Positions 42,285 to 43,790 of a stretch of 43,790 nt of DNA are shown piece by piece (position 1 is the stretch's first letter; each line of letters opens with the position of its first letter). Under the pieces are notes generated by a model. The model had not been told where the DNA came from and ran no database searches. It was given only the letters and a program-made list of their open reading frames with translations. The position numbers and the translations under genes were made by a program. Origin of the DNA: Macrostomum lignano (taxonomy: Eukaryota); NCBI GenBank assembly GCA_002269645.1, contig NIVC01003463.1, positions 1 through 43,790 of the forward strand, read 5' to 3'.

Positions 42285-43790
42285 CCAAGCTACAAATTAC
42301 ACAAGCTACAAATTACACAAACTAAAATTACACAAGCTACAAATTACACAAGCTACAAATTACACAAGACTAAAATTACACAAGCTACAAATTTCACAAA
42401 CTAAAATTACACAAGCTAAAATTTACACAAGCTACAAATTTCACAAACTAAAATTACACAAGCTACAATTTCACAAACTAAAATTACACAAGCTAAAAAT
42501 TACACAAGCTACAAATTTCACAAACTAAAATTACACAAGCTACAAATTTCACACACTAAAATTACACAAGTACAAATTTCACAAACTAAAATTACACAAG
42601 CTACAAATTTCACACACTAAAAATTACACAAGCTACAAATTTCACAAACTAAAAATTACACAAGCTACAAATTTCACAACTAAAAATTACACAAGCTACA
42701 AATTTCGCAAACTAAAATTACACAAGCTACAAATTTCGCACACTAAAAATTACACAAGCTACAAATTTCACAACTAAAATTACACAAGCTACAAATTTCA
42801 CAACTAAAAATTACACAAGCTACAAATTTCACAAACTAAAAATTACACAAGCTACAAATTTCACAAACTAAAAATTACACAAGCTACAAATTTCACACAC
42901 TAAAAATACACAAGCTACAAATTTCACAACACTAAAAATTACACAAGCTACAAATTTCACAAACTAAAATTACACAAGCTACAAATTTCACAAACTAAAA
43001 ATTACACAAGCTACAAATTTCACAAACTAAAATGACACAAGCTACAAATTTCACAAACTAAAAATACACAAGCTACAAATTTCACAAACTAAAAATACAC
43101 AAGCTACAAATTTCACAAACTAAAAATTACACAAGCTACAAATTTCACAACTAAAAATGACACAAGCTACAAATTTCACAAACTAAAATTACACAAGCTA
43201 CAAATTTCACAACTAAAATTACACAAGCTACAAATTTCACAAACTAAAAATTACACAAGCTACAAATTTCACACACTAAAATTACACAAGCTACAAATTT
43301 CACAAACTAAATATTACACAAGCTACAATTTCACCAAACTAAAATTACACAAGCTACAAATTTCACAAACTAAAATTACACAAGCTACAAATTTACACAA
43401 GCTAAAATTACACAAGCTACAAATTTCACAACACTAAAATTACACAAGCTAAAATTTACACAAGCTACAATTCACAAACTAAAATTACACAAGCTACAAA
43501 TTTCACAAACTAAAATTACACAAGCTAAAAATTACACAAGCTACAAATTTCACAACTAAAAATTACACAAGCTACAAATTTCACACACTAAAAATTACAC
43601 AAGCTACAAATTTCACAAACTAAAATTACACAAGCTACAAATTTCACACACTAAAAATTACACAAGCTACAATTTCACAAACTAGTAATTACACAAGCTA
43701 AAAAATTCACAAACTAAAAATTACACAAGCTACAAATTTCGCAACACTAAAAATTACACAAGTACAAATTTCAACACTAAAAATTACACA
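42285..43790. repeat. ~30-bp satellite with 15-bp subunits, to the window end (S6K intron)
   Basis: ACAAGCTACAAATTTCACAAACTAAAATTAC. Confidence 0.95.

Overview
Eukaryotic (animal) genomic DNA with GC-rich spliced exons, AT-rich introns and many micro/minisatellites. The style suggests a free-living flatworm such as Macrostomum; this is inference only. Left arm: four minus-strand genes in tandem, namely an orphan Q/A-rich coiled-coil ORF, LAMTOR2, UVRAG and TRAPPC10 (frameshifted, runs off the window start). Middle: a decayed FLYWCH/MULE Mutator-like transposon, then two near-identical Boudin-like Ly6/three-finger genes flanking a divergent importin-alpha that has no IBB domain. Right: an orphan 4-exon secreted precursor, tRNA-derived SINEs, and the 5' part of p70 S6 kinase. 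Best leads: (1) LAMTOR2 has no in-frame ATG, but an in-frame splice acceptor fits initiation from the flatworm spliced-leader AUG; (2) a ~90-unit array of MiT/TFE M-box/CLEAR-like motifs sits just upstream of UVRAG; (3) the Ly6 duplication is bounded almost exactly by start and stop codons; (4) the importin-alpha has an acidic N-terminus and a degenerate minor NLS site. Protein identities come from remembered similarity to known families, not database searches. Exon boundaries were derived by hand; repeat boundaries are approximate.
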